Below, piece after piece: positions 62,763 through 64,000 of a stretch of 64,000 nt of DNA. The notes under the pieces are model-generated. The model did no database searches. It had not been told where the DNA came from and was given only the letters and a program-made list of their open reading frames with translations. The stretch is from the NCBI GenBank assembly GCA_016200485.1, contig JACQEP010000001.1, forward strand, positions 9,901-73,900, given 5' to 3'. The first letter of the stretch is position 1, and each line of letters begins with the position of its first letter. The translations under genes were made by a program, and so were the position numbers. The stretch is from Gammaproteobacteria bacterium (GTDB lineage: Bacteria; Pseudomonadota; Gammaproteobacteria; Tenderiales; Tenderiaceae).

Positions 62763-63637
62763 CAGAGTATCCCTGCCTGGCGCATCGCCTGGCGTAGGAT
62801 CTCATGATGCTTTTCTGACAATACCGTCAACGGCAGGCGAATACCCCGCTTGATCAGCCCCATCTCGCTCAGCACCCACTTGACCGGGATCGGATTGGCT
62901 TCCAGGAACAGGTCTCGATGCAGCGCCTGCAGTGGCGCATCCAGCGCCTCGGCCTTGGCCCGATTGCCCGCCAGCGCCGCCGCACACATCTCGTGCATGG
63001 CGCGTGGCACAACATTGGCCGTCACCGAGATCGTCCCCTTGCCGCCCAGAAGAATGAATTCACGGGTTGTGGCATCGTCACCGCTATAAAGATCCAACGA
63101 ATCACCACACCGCTCAAGGATATCGCGGGCGCGATCCAGATTGCCGGTCGCCTCCTTGATCCCAATAATGTTGGAAATCTTCGCCAACCGCGCCACCGTC
63201 TCCGGCAACAGATCGCAGACGGTACGACCCGGTACGTTATAAAGAATCTGCGGAATCGCCACATCTTCGGCGATCTTCTTGAAATGCTGATACAAACCTT
63301 CCTGCGTCGGCTTGTTGTAATACGGGGTCACCAGCAGGCAGGCATCGGCCCCGCTCTTCATTGCGCTGCGGGTCAAATCAACTGCTTCGCGCGTGCAATT
63401 GGAACCGGTGCCGGCGATCACCGGCACCCGGCCACGGGCAAACAGTACAGTCTTGCGAATCACCTCGCAGTGTTCTTTTTCGTCCAGCGTGGGCGACTCG
63501 CCGGTGGTGCCGACCGAGACGATGGCATCGGTGCCGCTCTCAACATGGAATTCCACCAAGCGCTCCAGGGCCTCGTAATCGAGGGCGCCGTCATCCTGCA
63601 TTGGCGTCACCAGCGCAACCATGCTGCCGCGAAACAT
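62762..63637 (-). CDS. dapA: 4-hydroxy-tetrahydrodipicolinate synthase
   Basis: 291 aa starting [13 protein letters not shown], with [16 protein letters not shown] and the catalytic Lys region IGIKEATG. Confidence 0.95.
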   Translation of the reverse strand: MFRGSMVALVTPMQDDGALDYEALERLVEFHVESGTDAIVSVGTTGESPTLDEKEHCEVIRKTVLFARGRVPVIAGTGSNCTREAVDLTRSAMKSGADACLLVTPYYNKPTQEGLYQHFKKIAEDVAIPQILYNVPGRTVCDLLPETVARLAKISNIIGIKEATGNLDRARDILERCGDSLDLYSGDDATTREFILLGGKGTISVTANVVPRAMHEMCAAALAGNRAKAEALDAPLQALHRDLFLEANPIPVKWVLSEMGLIKRGIRLPLTVLSEKHHEILRQAMRQAGIL

Positions 63638-63848
63638 AGACTCTTCTCCACTGCCTTAAAAAACGACCATGGTACTTGGCACCTGTGCCAATGACAAGCG
63701 CCGCCCCCGGGGGCGGAAGAGGGGCCCCACGACGGTGGGGATGGCCACTCCGAGGCGAAGAGCAGGGGCCCCGCACTAGCGGGGATGCGACCGCCGGCGG
63801 AGTGGCAATGACAAACCTGCAAACAACATGGAGCGGTAAAACAACACT

Positions 63849-63871
63849 GCGGGTGGCCGCTGGCCACCCGC
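63849..63871. other. Perfect 10-bp stem-loop in the dapA-gcvR intergenic region
   Basis: GCGGGTGGCC-GCT-GGCCACCCGC. On the reverse (dapA) strand it is followed by AGTGTTGTTTTA, which looks terminator-like. No upstream gene exists on that strand within the window. Confidence 0.4.
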
Positions 63872-63932
63872 CGCAATTCTGACGTATTATGTTAGAAAAT
63901 AGTCCACCAAGAAGGGTAGCCTTATTTCCACC

Positions 63933-64000
63933 ATGCTTAATTATTTAGTCCTGACTGCCGTCGGCAATGACCGACCCGGCATCGTCAACACATTGACCCG
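63933..64000 (+). CDS. gcvR: Glycine cleavage system transcriptional repressor-like ACT-domain protein, first 22 codons only
   Basis: MLNYLVLTAVGNDRPGIVNTLT matches the typical GcvR N-terminus and is divergent from dapA as in E. coli. It is truncated by the window end. Confidence 0.55.
   Translation, partial: MLNYLVLTAVGNDRPGIVNTLT

Noticed and set aside
63676-63691. Sigma-54 (-24/-12) promoter suggested by TGGCAC
   Set aside because: The spacing partner is CCAA rather than TTGC on either strand. The sequence is better described as a simple 7-bp-armed palindrome.
62918-63694. 258-aa ORF on the + strand
   Set aside because: It is antisense to dapA and looks like a shadow ORF. The same reasoning applies to the other long antisense ORFs, e.g. 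3697-4302, 10362-10964, 17343-17942, 18018-18677, 20355-20975, 21813-22415 and 61111-61641.

Overview
This is a chromosomal, mostly core-metabolic window. The synteny looks like a gammaproteobacterial-type chemolithoautotroph: pcnB-folK-panB / panC-panD, lptFG<>pepA-holC-valS, and purC...bamC-dapA<>gcvR. About 55 protein genes are supported.

Main content, in order:
- Partial aceE.
- A gnd-zwf-pgi operon, divergent from glgA and ppc.
- A red-type form I RuBisCO module (cbbR<>cbbL-cbbS-cbbX-orf-aldolase/Dabb fusion) sitting between panB and panC.
- An Ara4N lipid A modification cluster with ArnA split into two genes.
- A propeptide-less kexin-like S8 lipoprotein protease with a downstream secreted partner, abutting lptFG.
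- valS with an in-frame 134-codon N-terminal extension, then prfC.
- A truncated-haemoglobin / ferredoxin-reductase pair behind an NsrR-like operator, followed by an HPP (nitrite-channel family) gene.
- An apparent operon of a sensor-less MCP, a stand-alone NIT-domain membrane protein, and an orphan MshE/PilB-type ATPase with four tandem MshEN-like motifs.
- msrQP, purL, a serpin-fold lipoprotein whose segments appear rearranged, haemerythrin, a methyltransferase, purC and an MBL hydrolase.

I found no rRNA, tRNA, CRISPR array, transposase, integrase or recognisable phage-defence gene.

The best candidate for an undescribed system is the nitrogen-oxide-associated cluster at 44.4-51.5 kb, especially the MCP/NIT/ATPase trio. 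The rearranged serpin is the most unusual single gene. All calls come from reading the translated ORFs, motifs and the DNA by eye. No database search or computation was run.
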